From positions 21,252-85,251 of the forward strand of contig JBEEFV010000093.1 of the NCBI GenBank assembly GCA_041166405.1: a stretch of 64,000 bases of DNA, given 5' to 3'. The DNA is from Actinomycetota bacterium (GTDB lineage Bacteria > Actinomycetota > Acidimicrobiia > Acidimicrobiales > JACCXE01). Positions 1-9,378 of the stretch are shown one piece after another; the first letter of the stretch is position 1, and each line of letters starts with the position of its first letter. Below the pieces are notes generated by a model. That model ran no database searches. It saw only the letters and a program-made list of their open reading frames with translations, and was not told the origin of the DNA. Made by a program: the position numbers and the translations under genes.

Positions 1-1
1 G

Positions 2-259
2 ATGGGCCCGTTGTTCAACCTGCCTCGTTCCGCCACCGCGCGCGCCGGCCCAAAGGGCGCAAAGCTCACCGGCTACACGCTGCGCCAGTACTCCGAGATC
101 GTCGGCCTCGACACGCTGAGCGACGTGCTCGGCAAGACCGCGATCACCAAGCCGACGGCGCGCAAGCGCGTCGCCGCCGCCAAGAAGAAAGCCCCGGCGA
201 AGAAAGCGGCGCCGAAGAAAGCCCCCGCGAAGAAGATTCGTGCGGGCGACAGGACTTGA
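2..259 (+). CDS. Partial CDS (3' end): protein with a Lys/Ala-rich basic C-terminal tail, probably nucleic-acid binding
   Basis: The ORF runs off the left edge. The tail reads RKRVAAAKKKAPAKKAAPKKAPAKK. The last 19 nt overlap tRNA-Leu on the opposite strand, which lowers confidence. Confidence 0.35.
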   Translation: MGPLFNLPRSATARAGPKGAKLTGYTLRQYSEIVGLDTLSDVLGKTAITKPTARKRVAAAKKKAPAKKAAPKKAPAKKIRAGDRT

Positions 260-322
260 ACCTGCACGTCTTTCGACACAGGGACCTAAACCCTGCGCGG
301 CTACCAGTTACGCCACGCCCGC
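241..322 (-). tRNA. tRNA-Leu (anticodon TAG), type II with long variable arm
   Basis: Reverse complement folds as a cloverleaf: acceptor GCGGGCG/CGCCCGC, anticodon stem CAGGG/CCCTG with loop TTTAGGT, variable arm GTC-GAAA-GAC, T-loop TTCAAGT. No encoded CCA. Confidence 0.9.
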
Positions 323-361
323 GTGACTGAGGTCTCAGGCTAGGGGGCGTAGAGTTCGCGT

Positions 362-949
362 ATGGCAATTGATCTCAGCCCGGTCGGCGACATCTACCAG
401 CGGCTCCTCAAGGAGCGCATCGTGTTCCTCGGCACACAAGTCGACGACTCGTCCGCCAACCTCATTTGTGCGCAGCTGATCCTGCTCGCCGCGGAAGAGC
501 CGGAGCGCGACATCTCGCTGTACATCAACTCGCCCGGCGGCTCGGTCACGGCCGGCCTCGGCATCTACGACACGATGCAGTACATCAGCTGTGACGTGTC
601 GACGATCTGCCTCGGCCTCGCGGCGTCGATGGGCCAGTTCCTCCTGTCGGCGGGCGCGCCTGGCAAGCGCTACGCGCTTCCGCACAGCCGGATCCTCATG
701 CACCAGCCGTCGGGCCAGATGCAGGGTCAGGCGACCGATATCGCCATTCAGGCCGAGCAAATCATCTACATGAAGCGCAAGCTCGCCGAGCGCACCGCGT
801 TCCACACGGGCCAGCCCGTCGAACGCATCGAGGAGGACTCCGACCGCGACCGCTGGTTCACTGCCGAGGAAGCCCTCGAGTACGGCTTCGTCGACAAGGT
901 GATCGAAAAAGCCAATCTCGGCACCGCGGGCGCGGTACAGGTTCTCTAA
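362..949 (+). CDS. clpP: ATP-dependent Clp protease proteolytic subunit (paralogue 1)
   Basis: 195 aa. Catalytic contexts are present: GLAASMG (Ser), RILMHQPSG (His), [13 protein letters not shown] (Asp). N-terminal [13 protein letters not shown] is typical of ClpP. Confidence 0.95.
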   Translation: MAIDLSPVGDIYQRLLKERIVFLGTQVDDSSANLICAQLILLAAEEPERDISLYINSPGGSVTAGLGIYDTMQYISCDVSTICLGLAASMGQFLLSAGAPGKRYALPHSRILMHQPSGQMQGQATDIAIQAEQIIYMKRKLAERTAFHTGQPVERIEEDSDRDRWFTAEEALEYGFVDKVIEKANLGTAGAVQVL

Positions 950-955
950 CTCGCT

Positions 956-1033
956 TGGGGTGGCTGAGGGGACTCGAACCCCCGACCCCCAGGATCACAA
1001 CCTGGTGCTCTAACCAACTGAGCTACAACCACC
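956..1033 (-). tRNA. tRNA-His (anticodon GTG) with G-1 and encoded CCA
   Basis: Reverse complement begins G-GTGGTTG TAGCTCAGTTGG. Anticodon stem CCAGG/CCTGG with loop TTGTGAT, T-loop TTCGAGT, 3' end CAGCCAC-C-CCA. Confidence 0.9.
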
Positions 1034-1159
1034 AAGGGAGCCGACAGTGTTGCATACGGCGCTGGCCGTTCAGCAAAGCATTGGTGTCCGCTTGGCCGGG
1101 GTTGTCGTGATCGCGTTCGTCGCTGGTCTGTATCTGTGGGTGCGCGATCATCGCCATCG

Positions 1160-1936
1160 CTAAGTCCCCCGCGGTTGGTAGATGGCGCGGTGAGCGACGC
1201 GGGCGACGGGTCGCTGGCCGTCGGCGAGTTGCAGGATGTCGAGATCGACGAACCGGTGGCCGCCCTTCTCCGGCACTCCTGTGACGCGGCTGCGCGTCTG
1301 CAGGCGTTCGCCGTCGACGAGCGGACTGAAGAACTGCGTCGTCGACTCGACGTGGATCCACGGCCCGAGCACGAAGTTCGACGTCAACACGAAGTTGCAG
1401 TAACGCAGCAACCAGCCGGGGTGGGCGTAGCCGTCCTTGCGAAACAGCGCGGACGGTTCGCGAATGTCGTCGAGGTACGACTGCGCGGGTTCGGCGTGGA
1501 AACCGACCTCGAGGTATCCCATCGGGATCGACGTGAACGCGTCGGCCGACGCGGGTGTGCGGTTGCCGTCGCAGGCGAAGTCGGGCCAGTCGTCGGGCGA
1601 CGGCGGTTCCGCGGAACCATCGGGCAGGGTCGCCGCGCCCGTGGCGCACAGGCCGCCGCTCGAGTCGTGCAGCACGAGCGCGTCGAGCGCGCCCGAAACC
1701 GTCACGTCGTCGCCGTCGTAGACGGGCGAAGCGAACCGCGCCGTCATCGTGCCGCGCGTGAGCCACTCGACGCCCCAGGCTTCGGCCGGGAGATGGCAGA
1801 GGTACGCGTACACGTCAACGCCGGGCACGAGTCCGCCGCGGAACCCGAGGTTGCGGGCGACGTCGTCGTCGTGGATTTTGTTGGCGGACTCCGTGGCGGT
1901 GTTGAAGGCGTTGACGGTGTACGAGGTTTCGCTCAC
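1160..1936 (-). CDS. MaoC-like (R)-hydratase / hotdog-fold protein
   Basis: Motif NKIHDDDVARNLGFRGGLVPGV. I prefer the GTG start at 1936 because it forms a GTGA overlap with the upstream gene's stop. The ORF track extends to 1963. Confidence 0.8.
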   Translation of the reverse strand: MSETSYTVNAFNTATESANKIHDDDVARNLGFRGGLVPGVDVYAYLCHLPAEAWGVEWLTRGTMTARFASPVYDGDDVTVSGALDALVLHDSSGGLCATGAATLPDGSAEPPSPDDWPDFACDGNRTPASADAFTSIPMGYLEVGFHAEPAQSYLDDIREPSALFRKDGYAHPGWLLRYCNFVLTSNFVLGPWIHVESTTQFFSPLVDGERLQTRSRVTGVPEKGGHRFVDLDILQLADGQRPVARVAHRAIYQPRGT

Positions 1937-2640
1937 GCCGCCATGTTTGCGCTTTTCGACCAACCGAACAGCGACAGGAACTCCGCCGGCAGAATCACGT
2001 TCGTCGACGAGTCGACGCGCTGGCAGGTATCGCGCGGCGCCTGGTACGCCGTGACGACGTTCCCGCCGTCGACGTCGACGACCTCGATGTCGAAACTCAC
2101 GCCGAAGGTCGCCAAGTGGTTCGCGTTCGAAAGGAACGCGATGTAACGATCATCGGGCGACCACATCGGTCGGCCGAGCTGCGTTTGCGCGACTCCGTTC
2201 CGTCCGCAGAATGACGCGTCGACTGCCGCGAAGTGGGTGAGCTGCCGCGGGTCTCCGCCACTCCGCCGGACCAGCCACAGGTCGTCTCCGGCGTCGCCTT
2301 TTCGTATCGCGGCGAGCATCTCGCCGTCGTGCGACCACGCGCCGCGCGCCGTTGACGCTGGGGTCGCCGGCGAACCCGACGGCGAGGCCGGCGTGAGTTC
2401 GGTGCCGTCACCCCGGACGGCGAACGCCGTCGGGATCGCCACTGGAGTGTCCGTTTTGCCGAACAGCACAAAGTGCTGCTTCGGAGGCGCGACGACGCGC
2501 GTTGTCGACGTCAACGTCGCGGCGATGGCGCGCTCGGCTTGTGCGCGGTCGGCCGAAAGGATCGCGATGTTCGCCGTCAGAATCGTGGCAATGAACGCGA
2601 GAATGACGGGCCGAGCGCGGCCGAGCTCTGCCATACACAA
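1933..2640 (-). CDS. Membrane-anchored PD40/TolB-like beta-propeller repeat protein
   Basis: N-terminal hydrophobic helix RPVILAFIATILTANIAIL, followed by WSHDGEMLAAI and WSPDDRYIAFLS repeats of the PD40 type. Confidence 0.6.
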   Translation of the reverse strand: MCMAELGRARPVILAFIATILTANIAILSADRAQAERAIAATLTSTTRVVAPPKQHFVLFGKTDTPVAIPTAFAVRGDGTELTPASPSGSPATPASTARGAWSHDGEMLAAIRKGDAGDDLWLVRRSGGDPRQLTHFAAVDASFCGRNGVAQTQLGRPMWSPDDRYIAFLSNANHLATFGVSFDIEVVDVDGGNVVTAYQAPRDTCQRVDSSTNVILPAEFLSLFGWSKSANMAA

Positions 2641-2659
2641 CAGTTCGACAAATTTGGGC

Positions 2660-3349
2660 TCAACTTGAGATTCCGTTGAGAACCTTCGTCACATACTGGA
2701 CAACCGGACCCTCCGCGACGCCCAGACTCACGAGCGCTTGCACCGCGATGCTGGTCTCGGGCCCTGACATCAGCGCGATGAGGACGTGCTCGGTGCCCAC
2801 GTAGTTGTGCCCCATGGCGTAGGCGACGTTGGCGCAACTCTCGAGGATTTCCCACGCCAGCGGCGTGTAGCCCTCTCGGTACCCCGGCCCGCGGGGGAGC
2901 AGGGCGTCGATCGCCGCGACCGCCTTCGCCCGCGTGATACCGCGGTCCTTCAACGCTTTCGCGGCCAGGCTCCGCTTGTCGCCGAACAGCCCGAGGAGGA
3001 GCGCTTCGGTGCCGATGCTCGGTTGCCGCAGCTCTTTCGCCGCCGCCTCCGCGAAGTGCGAAACGGCGCGCACGGCGCGCGGCGTGAACTTCTCGAAGCC
3101 TCTCGGGTTGCGCCGCTCGCCGGTGAAGCGTTTCTGAACGGCTTGCTTCGTGACGCCGAGCGCCTCGCCGATCTCGCTCCACGAATGCCCGGCGCGCCGG
3201 CTGCGGTCGACGAAGTGCGACAGCACGGCGTCGGTCGTTTCGCTGAGTTCGTTCGCGGTCGCCGACGCGGTGGCCAGCAACGCCAGCGGTTCGTTCGACG
3301 GCGCGCGCTGTTCGACTTCTGCGATGAGGGCATCGAGGGAGATCGCCAT
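2660..3349 (-). CDS. HTH plus double Clp_N (ClpA/B N-terminal repeat) domain protein
   Basis: HTH-like GHSWSEIGEALGVTKQAVQKRF, then two Clp_N-type repeats (TPRAVRAVSHFAEAAA...IGTEALLLGL and TPLAWEILESCANVA...VGTEHVLIAL). Confidence 0.75.
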   Translation of the reverse strand: MAISLDALIAEVEQRAPSNEPLALLATASATANELSETTDAVLSHFVDRSRRAGHSWSEIGEALGVTKQAVQKRFTGERRNPRGFEKFTPRAVRAVSHFAEAAAKELRQPSIGTEALLLGLFGDKRSLAAKALKDRGITRAKAVAAIDALLPRGPGYREGYTPLAWEILESCANVAYAMGHNYVGTEHVLIALMSGPETSIAVQALVSLGVAEGPVVQYVTKVLNGISS

Positions 3350-3380
3350 TCGTCAACTCTAGGTTGACGCTATCGATTCG

Positions 3381-5603
3381 TCAACCCTCGGTTGACGCGA
3401 AGCCTTCGGGAAGCGGCTCCGAGTGGACGACGGTCAATCGCGCCGTGGCGCGGGTGAGCGCGACGTACAACTCATGCGTCTCGAAGCGCCCGGGTTCGAC
3501 GACGATCACGCTGTCGAACTCGAGTCCGCGTGCCTGGTCGACGCCCATCTCGACGACGCGTTGATCCAGCGCTTCGGGTCCGACGACGGGCGCGCTCTCT
3601 CGCGGCACGAGGACGACGACGGTGCCGGCGTCGCTCGACGCCACTTCGTCCGCCGCACGCGCCCGCGCCGCCGCGAGCGCGTCGTCGAACGTCTCGACGC
3701 GCACGACGCTTGGTTCCTCGCCAGAGCTGCGGACCGATCGCGGCGGGTCTACCGGTGAGTCCGCGGCGCGCAGGACCTCCGTGGCCACGCGCATGATCTC
3801 TTCGGGTGTGCGGTAGTTCACCTCGAGCGTGAGCACGTGCGCGTCGCGATCGTCGTTGATGGTGCGCGTCACGTGGGTCCACGCGCTGGCCTCGCTGGCG
3901 CCGCTCGCTTGGTTGAGGTCGCCGACAATGGTGAACGACCCGGTCGGGCAGCGGCGCGACAGCATGCGCCACTGCATCGGCGTGAGCTCCTGCGCCTCGT
4001 CGACGAGGACATGCCCCCACGTCGTTCGTTCCTCTTCCTCGGGCGCCTCCCGAAACGTCTCCGTGACGTGTGCGATCGTTTCGTTGAGTTGCTGCACTTG
4101 CAGCGGGGCGAAAACCTCTTCGGTCTTGTAGGAGCGCTTCGGCTCGCACGTGTCGCAGAACCAGTCGAAGCCCTTCGACGCGAGTTCGGAACCGCACACC
4201 GGACACGTTGGGATCAGGCCCATGTCGGCGAGCTGGCGTTCGAGAATGGCGTCGATGCGCGGCGCCTTGCGCGTCTTCTCGGCCGACGTCGGTGGATGAC
4301 CGATGAGCGCGTCGGCCTCGTCCAGTAGCGCAAGGTCGTGCACGCTGCGCGCGCCGTCGTCGCGTTGCAGGCCGAGCTGCTCGAGCACCTCGTCGACGAG
4401 CTGCGCTGGGGTCATGCGAGGCCAGATGCGCGACGTGAGCGCGCGCACCGCGCGGTCGTCGCCGAGGCGACGACGTGTCACGGTCGCGTCGAAGCGGTGC
4501 CGGCTTATCTGGCCCGCTCGCTCGGACCGATCGGCGGCGGCCTGCGCCTGCGCGACCAAATGCGTGAGCAGCGCGCGGTACGTCGCGACGCGGGCCTCGG
4601 CGTAGGGGCGATCGACGGCGCGCACCTCGTCGAGGATGCGCTGCGTGTCGTCGGGGGTGACCGCGAGCCGCCATCGGTCGAAGCCGATATGGACGGTGTC
4701 GTCAATGGGCACGCAGTGCGGGGACAACGTCGCGCGCAGCGTGTCGACCATGGCGGCCGCGCCCTTCACCCGCGCGACCTCGGGCGAGTCGGTCGCCGTG
4801 GCGTCGGCGCCTGCGACCAACTCGCCGGGCGTCGCCAGTCGCACTCCGGTCTCGCCGAGGCCCGGCAGGACGTTTTCGACGTAGCGGGCGAAGATCTTGT
4901 TCGGGCCGACGACGAGCACGCCCTGCACGGACAACTCCAGCTCGTGCGCGTACAGCAGGTAGGCGGCGCGGTGCAGCGCCACTGCGGTCTTGCCCGTGCC
5001 CGGCCCGCCCTGCACGACGAGCACGCCGCGCAACGGCGCGCGGATCGCTTCGTCCTGCTGTGCCTGGATCGTCGCCACGATGTCGCCCATCTGCCCGCGC
5101 CGCGGTGCCGCCAGCGCAGCCAGGAGCGCGCCCTCGCCGACGAGGCCGGTGTCGTTGGCGTCGAGCGAATCCCGGTCGAGCGGCTCATCGTCGAGCGCGA
5201 CGACGGTTCGGGCGCGCATGCGGATGTGGCGGCGGCGCGTGAGTCCTCGCGGGTCGCTCGGGGTCGCGCGGTAGAACGACTCCGCGATCGGCGCGCGCCA
5301 GTCGACCATCAACGGATCACCCTCGGCGTCGCTGACGCCGAGGCGGCCGATGTGGAAGACCTCCTCCGTGGTGGTGTCGATGCGGCCGAAGCAGATCGAC
5401 TGATCGCCGATCACGTACCGGTTGCGCCGCACGCCATGGGCGGCCAGTAGTGCCTCGCGGTCCATGACCGTCGACGGCATCGAGTCGCTGAGTTTCAGCG
5501 ACTCCGCCGCCTGGTCCACCGCCTGCCGCCGCAACACGTCAATCCGGGCGTACGTCCGATCGACGTGGTCCTGCTCCGAGCGCAACTGCTCAGGAACTCC
5601 CAA
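3381..5603 (-). CDS. helD: UvrD/Rep superfamily-1 helicase of the HelD (helicase IV-like) type
   Basis: 740 aa. Walker A VQGGPGTGKT, VLVDEAQELTP, GLEFDSVIVV, LYVALTRA. TTG start at 5603 preceded by GGAGG. Cys4 insert CPVCG...FCDTCE at nt 4146-4205. Confidence 0.85.
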   Translation of the reverse strand: MGVPEQLRSEQDHVDRTYARIDVLRRQAVDQAAESLKLSDSMPSTVMDREALLAAHGVRRNRYVIGDQSICFGRIDTTTEEVFHIGRLGVSDAEGDPLMVDWRAPIAESFYRATPSDPRGLTRRRHIRMRARTVVALDDEPLDRDSLDANDTGLVGEGALLAALAAPRRGQMGDIVATIQAQQDEAIRAPLRGVLVVQGGPGTGKTAVALHRAAYLLYAHELELSVQGVLVVGPNKIFARYVENVLPGLGETGVRLATPGELVAGADATATDSPEVARVKGAAAMVDTLRATLSPHCVPIDDTVHIGFDRWRLAVTPDDTQRILDEVRAVDRPYAEARVATYRALLTHLVAQAQAAADRSERAGQISRHRFDATVTRRRLGDDRAVRALTSRIWPRMTPAQLVDEVLEQLGLQRDDGARSVHDLALLDEADALIGHPPTSAEKTRKAPRIDAILERQLADMGLIPTCPVCGSELASKGFDWFCDTCEPKRSYKTEEVFAPLQVQQLNETIAHVTETFREAPEEEERTTWGHVLVDEAQELTPMQWRMLSRRCPTGSFTIVGDLNQASGASEASAWTHVTRTINDDRDAHVLTLEVNYRTPEEIMRVATEVLRAADSPVDPPRSVRSSGEEPSVVRVETFDDALAAARARAADEVASSDAGTVVVLVPRESAPVVGPEALDQRVVEMGVDQARGLEFDSVIVVEPGRFETHELYVALTRATARLTVVHSEPLPEGFASTEG

Positions 5604-5684
5604 GGCGCCTCCTCATACTTGGGGGGAAGCGACGTTACTACCCGGCGAGGGGGACGCGTATTGCTCGGGTGACCACGACGTAGG

Positions 5685-6185
5685 GTGAACGCGATGGCTG
5701 ACCTGGATGCGATCAACGCCGAGCGCGACCGGCTGCGGGACGCCTTCCTGAAAGCGGCGGAAGTCCGCCCGCCCACCACGGCGCGCGGCGTGCACCACAT
5801 TGCACTCCTTTCGTCCAACGTGGAGCGGACGATCCGCTTCTACCAGGACATTCTCGGGTTCCCGCTGACCGACATCTTCGAGAACCGCGACTACGCAGGC
5901 TCCAATCACTTCTTCTTCGACATCGGACACGGCAACTTCCTGGCGTTCTTCGATTTCCCGGACCTGCCCCTCGGCGCGTACGCGGAGGTGCTGGGCGGGC
6001 TGCATCACCTCGCCATTTCCGTCGAGCCCGCCCAGTGGAAGGCGGCGCACGAGCGGCTGGTGGCGGCCGGAGTCGACGTCCACGAGATGAGCGGCACGTC
6101 GCTGTACTTCAGCGACCCCGACGGTGCTCGCCTCGAGTTGATCGCCGACCCGCTCGGCGAGATGTACGGCCACTCCGTGGCGTAG
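5685..6185 (+). CDS. Glyoxalase/VOC family protein
   Basis: VHHIALLSSNVERTIRFYQDILGFPL and HHLAISV...LYFSDPDGARLELI are typical VOC beta-alpha-beta-beta-beta modules. Confidence 0.8.
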   Translation: MNAMADLDAINAERDRLRDAFLKAAEVRPPTTARGVHHIALLSSNVERTIRFYQDILGFPLTDIFENRDYAGSNHFFFDIGHGNFLAFFDFPDLPLGAYAEVLGGLHHLAISVEPAQWKAAHERLVAAGVDVHEMSGTSLYFSDPDGARLELIADPLGEMYGHSVA

Positions 6186-6223
6186 CGCTCAGCAAACGAC
6201 CTGTCGCGACCGACAGGAGAGTT

Positions 6224-7678
6224 GTGATTCGTCGCGTCTTTGTTGTGGTGCTCGCGTTGGCTGCGATCTTCGCCGTGCCGACGCCGCCTCCGGCGCACGC
6301 CGTGGACGAGCATCCTGATTTCGCGACGCAGACCTACGGCGACCCCTGGGACTTCTCGAACCCTGAGGACTTCGACGTGCAGCAACAGTGGTGGTCGACG
6401 AAGTCGTCGAACTTCGCGGTGCAGAACGGGATGCTGTCGTTCGACACGTCGTCGTTCGGCGAGATCCCGCTGGTGCGCGGCTTCGGCGCCATCGCGTTGC
6501 CGTGGGGGCGTGACGGTTCGGCGCACCCGATCGACGCGTCGAAGTACACCCGCATTGCGTTCCGCATGAACTCGCCCGTGAAAACGCAAGGCCAGATCAC
6601 GTGGTACACGTGCGGCACGCTCGACGGTTCCTGCCTCGGCGGCATGCCCGTCAACGTCTTGCCCGGTTGGAACACGTACGACCTCACGCTGCAGAACGGC
6701 TACGCGTCCATGCCCAAAGCGTGGGCGGGTCCGATCACGTCGCTCACGCTCGTTCCCGTCGGCGCCAACGTTGCGTCGGCACACATCGACATCGACTGGG
6801 TGCGCGTGTACGACCCGACGACGACCGGACCGGCGACGCCCGTGTCCAAGCTCGCGCCCGATCCGATGCCGGGTAGCGACTACGGCTCGATCGTCGGCGG
6901 CAACGCGTGGGACATGAGTCAGTCGAGCGACATCGCGCTGAGCCGCAACGCCGCGCTGTCCTTCGATGGCCAGATCCTGCACGGCACGAACGCCGGGCCC
7001 GACGTCAACGACCCGTTCCTGATCTTCCCGACGCCGGCGCCGTTCAACGGCACGCGCTTTCACACCTTCAGCATTCGCATTCACTACGACGGCGGGTTCA
7101 GCCTGGCCGACACCGTGGGCGGCGGGATGAACGGGCGGGTGTACTGGAACGTCGCGGGATCTGACGTGCAACAGACGAGTCAGGACATCCTCGTGTACCC
7201 CGGTTGGCAGACGATCACCATCGACATGAACCAGCCGGGCATCCTCGACGAAACACAACCCTCGGGCCGCATCGGTTGGGCCGGCCAGACAATCACGCAA
7301 GTGCGCTTCGATCCCGACGAAGACCGCGGCGCCCGCACGTGGGCGATCGACTGGGTGCGGCTCGGCTCAGACAAGCCCTTCGGCTCGCTCGACGTCGTGC
7401 AGCGCGGCGCCAACAGCGCGTTCGTCGGCGGGTGGTCGATCGATCCGAACACGACGGCGTCGACGCAGATGCGGGTCTTCGTCGACAACACGATGTACGT
7501 CATTCCTGCGGCGACCGGCCAACGAAACGACGTCGCCGCCGTGTATCCGGCGTTCGGTCCGAACCACGGGTTCAGCGGCAACGTTCCGATCGGCGCCGGT
7601 CCGCACCGCGTCTGCGTGTGGGCGATCAACATCGGCCCCGGCGGCCACGGGCTGATCGGCTGTCAGAACGTTGTCTAG
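6224..7678 (+). CDS. Secreted protein with two jelly-roll/CBM-like modules, function unknown
   Basis: In-frame GTG at 6224 preceded by AGGAGA. Signal peptide VIRRVFVVVLALAAIFAVPTPPPAHA. Internal duplication ends in IDIDWVRVY and WAIDWVRLG. The ORF-track start 6035 overlaps the VOC gene and was rejected. Confidence 0.7.
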   Translation: MIRRVFVVVLALAAIFAVPTPPPAHAVDEHPDFATQTYGDPWDFSNPEDFDVQQQWWSTKSSNFAVQNGMLSFDTSSFGEIPLVRGFGAIALPWGRDGSAHPIDASKYTRIAFRMNSPVKTQGQITWYTCGTLDGSCLGGMPVNVLPGWNTYDLTLQNGYASMPKAWAGPITSLTLVPVGANVASAHIDIDWVRVYDPTTTGPATPVSKLAPDPMPGSDYGSIVGGNAWDMSQSSDIALSRNAALSFDGQILHGTNAGPDVNDPFLIFPTPAPFNGTRFHTFSIRIHYDGGFSLADTVGGGMNGRVYWNVAGSDVQQTSQDILVYPGWQTITIDMNQPGILDETQPSGRIGWAGQTITQVRFDPDEDRGARTWAIDWVRLGSDKPFGSLDVVQRGANSAFVGGWSIDPNTTASTQMRVFVDNTMYVIPAATGQRNDVAAVYPAFGPNHGFSGNVPIGAGPHRVCVWAINIGPGGHGLIGCQNVV

Positions 7679-9292
7679 CTACGCGAGCACAAAGCCTTCG
7701 TAGTCGGCTTCGACGATCTCCTGGCAACGCTGCATGTAGGTCGTGAGGCCGCCCGCGTAGGGCATGTAGTACCGCGTCTTGCCGGGAACGTTGGCGCCCA
7801 AGTACCACGACGCACAGTTCGGGTGCGTCTGCGCTTTCCCGACGAAGGTGTTGACGTGTTGTGCCCACTCGTGTTGCGCAGTGGCGTCGGCTTCGATCGT
7901 GCGGATGTTGTTGTGACGCATGTGTCGCAGGGTGTCGGTGATCAACTCGACGTGATGCTCGATCGACGTGACCATGTTGGTGAGCACCGACGGGCTGCCC
8001 GGTCCGGTGACGGTGAACAGGTTCGGGAAGCCCGCCACCTGGAGGCCGAGGTAGGCGGTCGGTGTTTCCTTCCACACGTCGCGTAACACGACGCCACCGC
8101 GGCCGCGCACGTCGATGCGCGACAGCGAACCGGTCATGGCGTCGAACCCCGTCGCCAGTTCGATGACGTCGAGTTCGAGGAACTCGTCTTGCAGCTGGAT
8201 GCCCGTCGGCGTGATCTCGACGATCGGGCTCTTGCGCAGGTTGACGAGGCGGACGTTGTCGCGGTTGTACGTCTCGAAGTAGCCCTCGTCGATGATGACG
8301 CGCTTGCATCCGAACGGATACTGCGGGACGAGGTCCGCCGCGGTTTCGGGGTCGTTGACGATCTGCGCGATCGCGTGGGCGTACAGCTGGCGCGACGCTT
8401 CGTTGGCGTCGAGGTCGACGAACGAGTCGGCCCACGCGAAGCACCCGACCATGCCCATCTCCTCGACCTGCGCGACCTGTTCGTCCCACGGCGTCTCGAG
8501 AATGAGCTTGGTCGGCATCGACCCGAGGAACACGGCGCCGAGGCGCGCCGTTCCCGCGGGCGACGCCCACTGCGCGGCGCGGATGTCGGGGTACTGCGCC
8601 TTGAGCTTTTCCAACTCGCCGCCGCGGAGTGAGCGGTTGGGCGACGGCAGCGTGTACGCCGCCGAGCGCTGCAGCACGAAGAGCTGGTCCGCTTGTTGCG
8701 CGATGACGGGGATCGACTGCACACCCGACGACCCCGTGCCGATGACGGCGACCCGCTTGCCCGTGAAGTCGTAGCCCTCCTTCGGGAAACGGTTCGTGTA
8801 CAGGCTGTCGCCTTCGAAGCTGTGGAGCCCGGGGATGTCGGGCTCGAGCGGCGCCGACAGGCAACCCGTCGCCGCCACCACGTAGGGCGCAGTGACGCGT
8901 TCGCCGGTGTCGGTTTCGATCGTCCAGGTGGCGTTGGCTTCGTCGAACGTCGCCTTGGTGACGGTCGTCTTGAACTGGATGGCGTCGTACAGCTTGAGCC
9001 GGTCGGCGACGAAGTTGAGGTAGCGCTCGATCTCTTCTTGCGCCGGCATCAACTCCGTCCAGTCCCACTCCTGTTCGAGCTCGGGGAACTTGGTGAACAT
9101 GTACTCGACGCTTTGGATGTCGACACGTGCGCCTGGATACCTATTCCAGTACCACGTGCCGCCGATGCCGTCGCCTTTCTCGAAGACCCGCACCGTGAAG
9201 CCGGCCTCGCGCAACTTGTAGATCGAGTACAGCCCGGCAAACCCGGCACCGATGACGACGACATCAACCTCAGGTTCCCCCATGGTCGTCAT
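7679..9292 (-). CDS. Type I Baeyer-Villiger (flavin-containing) monooxygenase
   Basis: FAD motif VVVIGAGFAGLY, BVMO motif GGTWYWNRYPGARVD, NADPH motif VAVIGTGSSGVQ. 537 aa. Confidence 0.9.
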   Translation of the reverse strand: MTTMGEPEVDVVVIGAGFAGLYSIYKLREAGFTVRVFEKGDGIGGTWYWNRYPGARVDIQSVEYMFTKFPELEQEWDWTELMPAQEEIERYLNFVADRLKLYDAIQFKTTVTKATFDEANATWTIETDTGERVTAPYVVAATGCLSAPLEPDIPGLHSFEGDSLYTNRFPKEGYDFTGKRVAVIGTGSSGVQSIPVIAQQADQLFVLQRSAAYTLPSPNRSLRGGELEKLKAQYPDIRAAQWASPAGTARLGAVFLGSMPTKLILETPWDEQVAQVEEMGMVGCFAWADSFVDLDANEASRQLYAHAIAQIVNDPETAADLVPQYPFGCKRVIIDEGYFETYNRDNVRLVNLRKSPIVEITPTGIQLQDEFLELDVIELATGFDAMTGSLSRIDVRGRGGVVLRDVWKETPTAYLGLQVAGFPNLFTVTGPGSPSVLTNMVTSIEHHVELITDTLRHMRHNNIRTIEADATAQHEWAQHVNTFVGKAQTHPNCASWYLGANVPGKTRYYMPYAGGLTTYMQRCQEIVEADYEGFVLA

Positions 9293-9378
9293 TCTGTCCG
9301 CGCGTTCGGCCAGCGTGCGGCGGGATCGCCAGGTCGGAACACGTCAAAGCGAACATCTCGGGTCGAGATCTACCTAAG

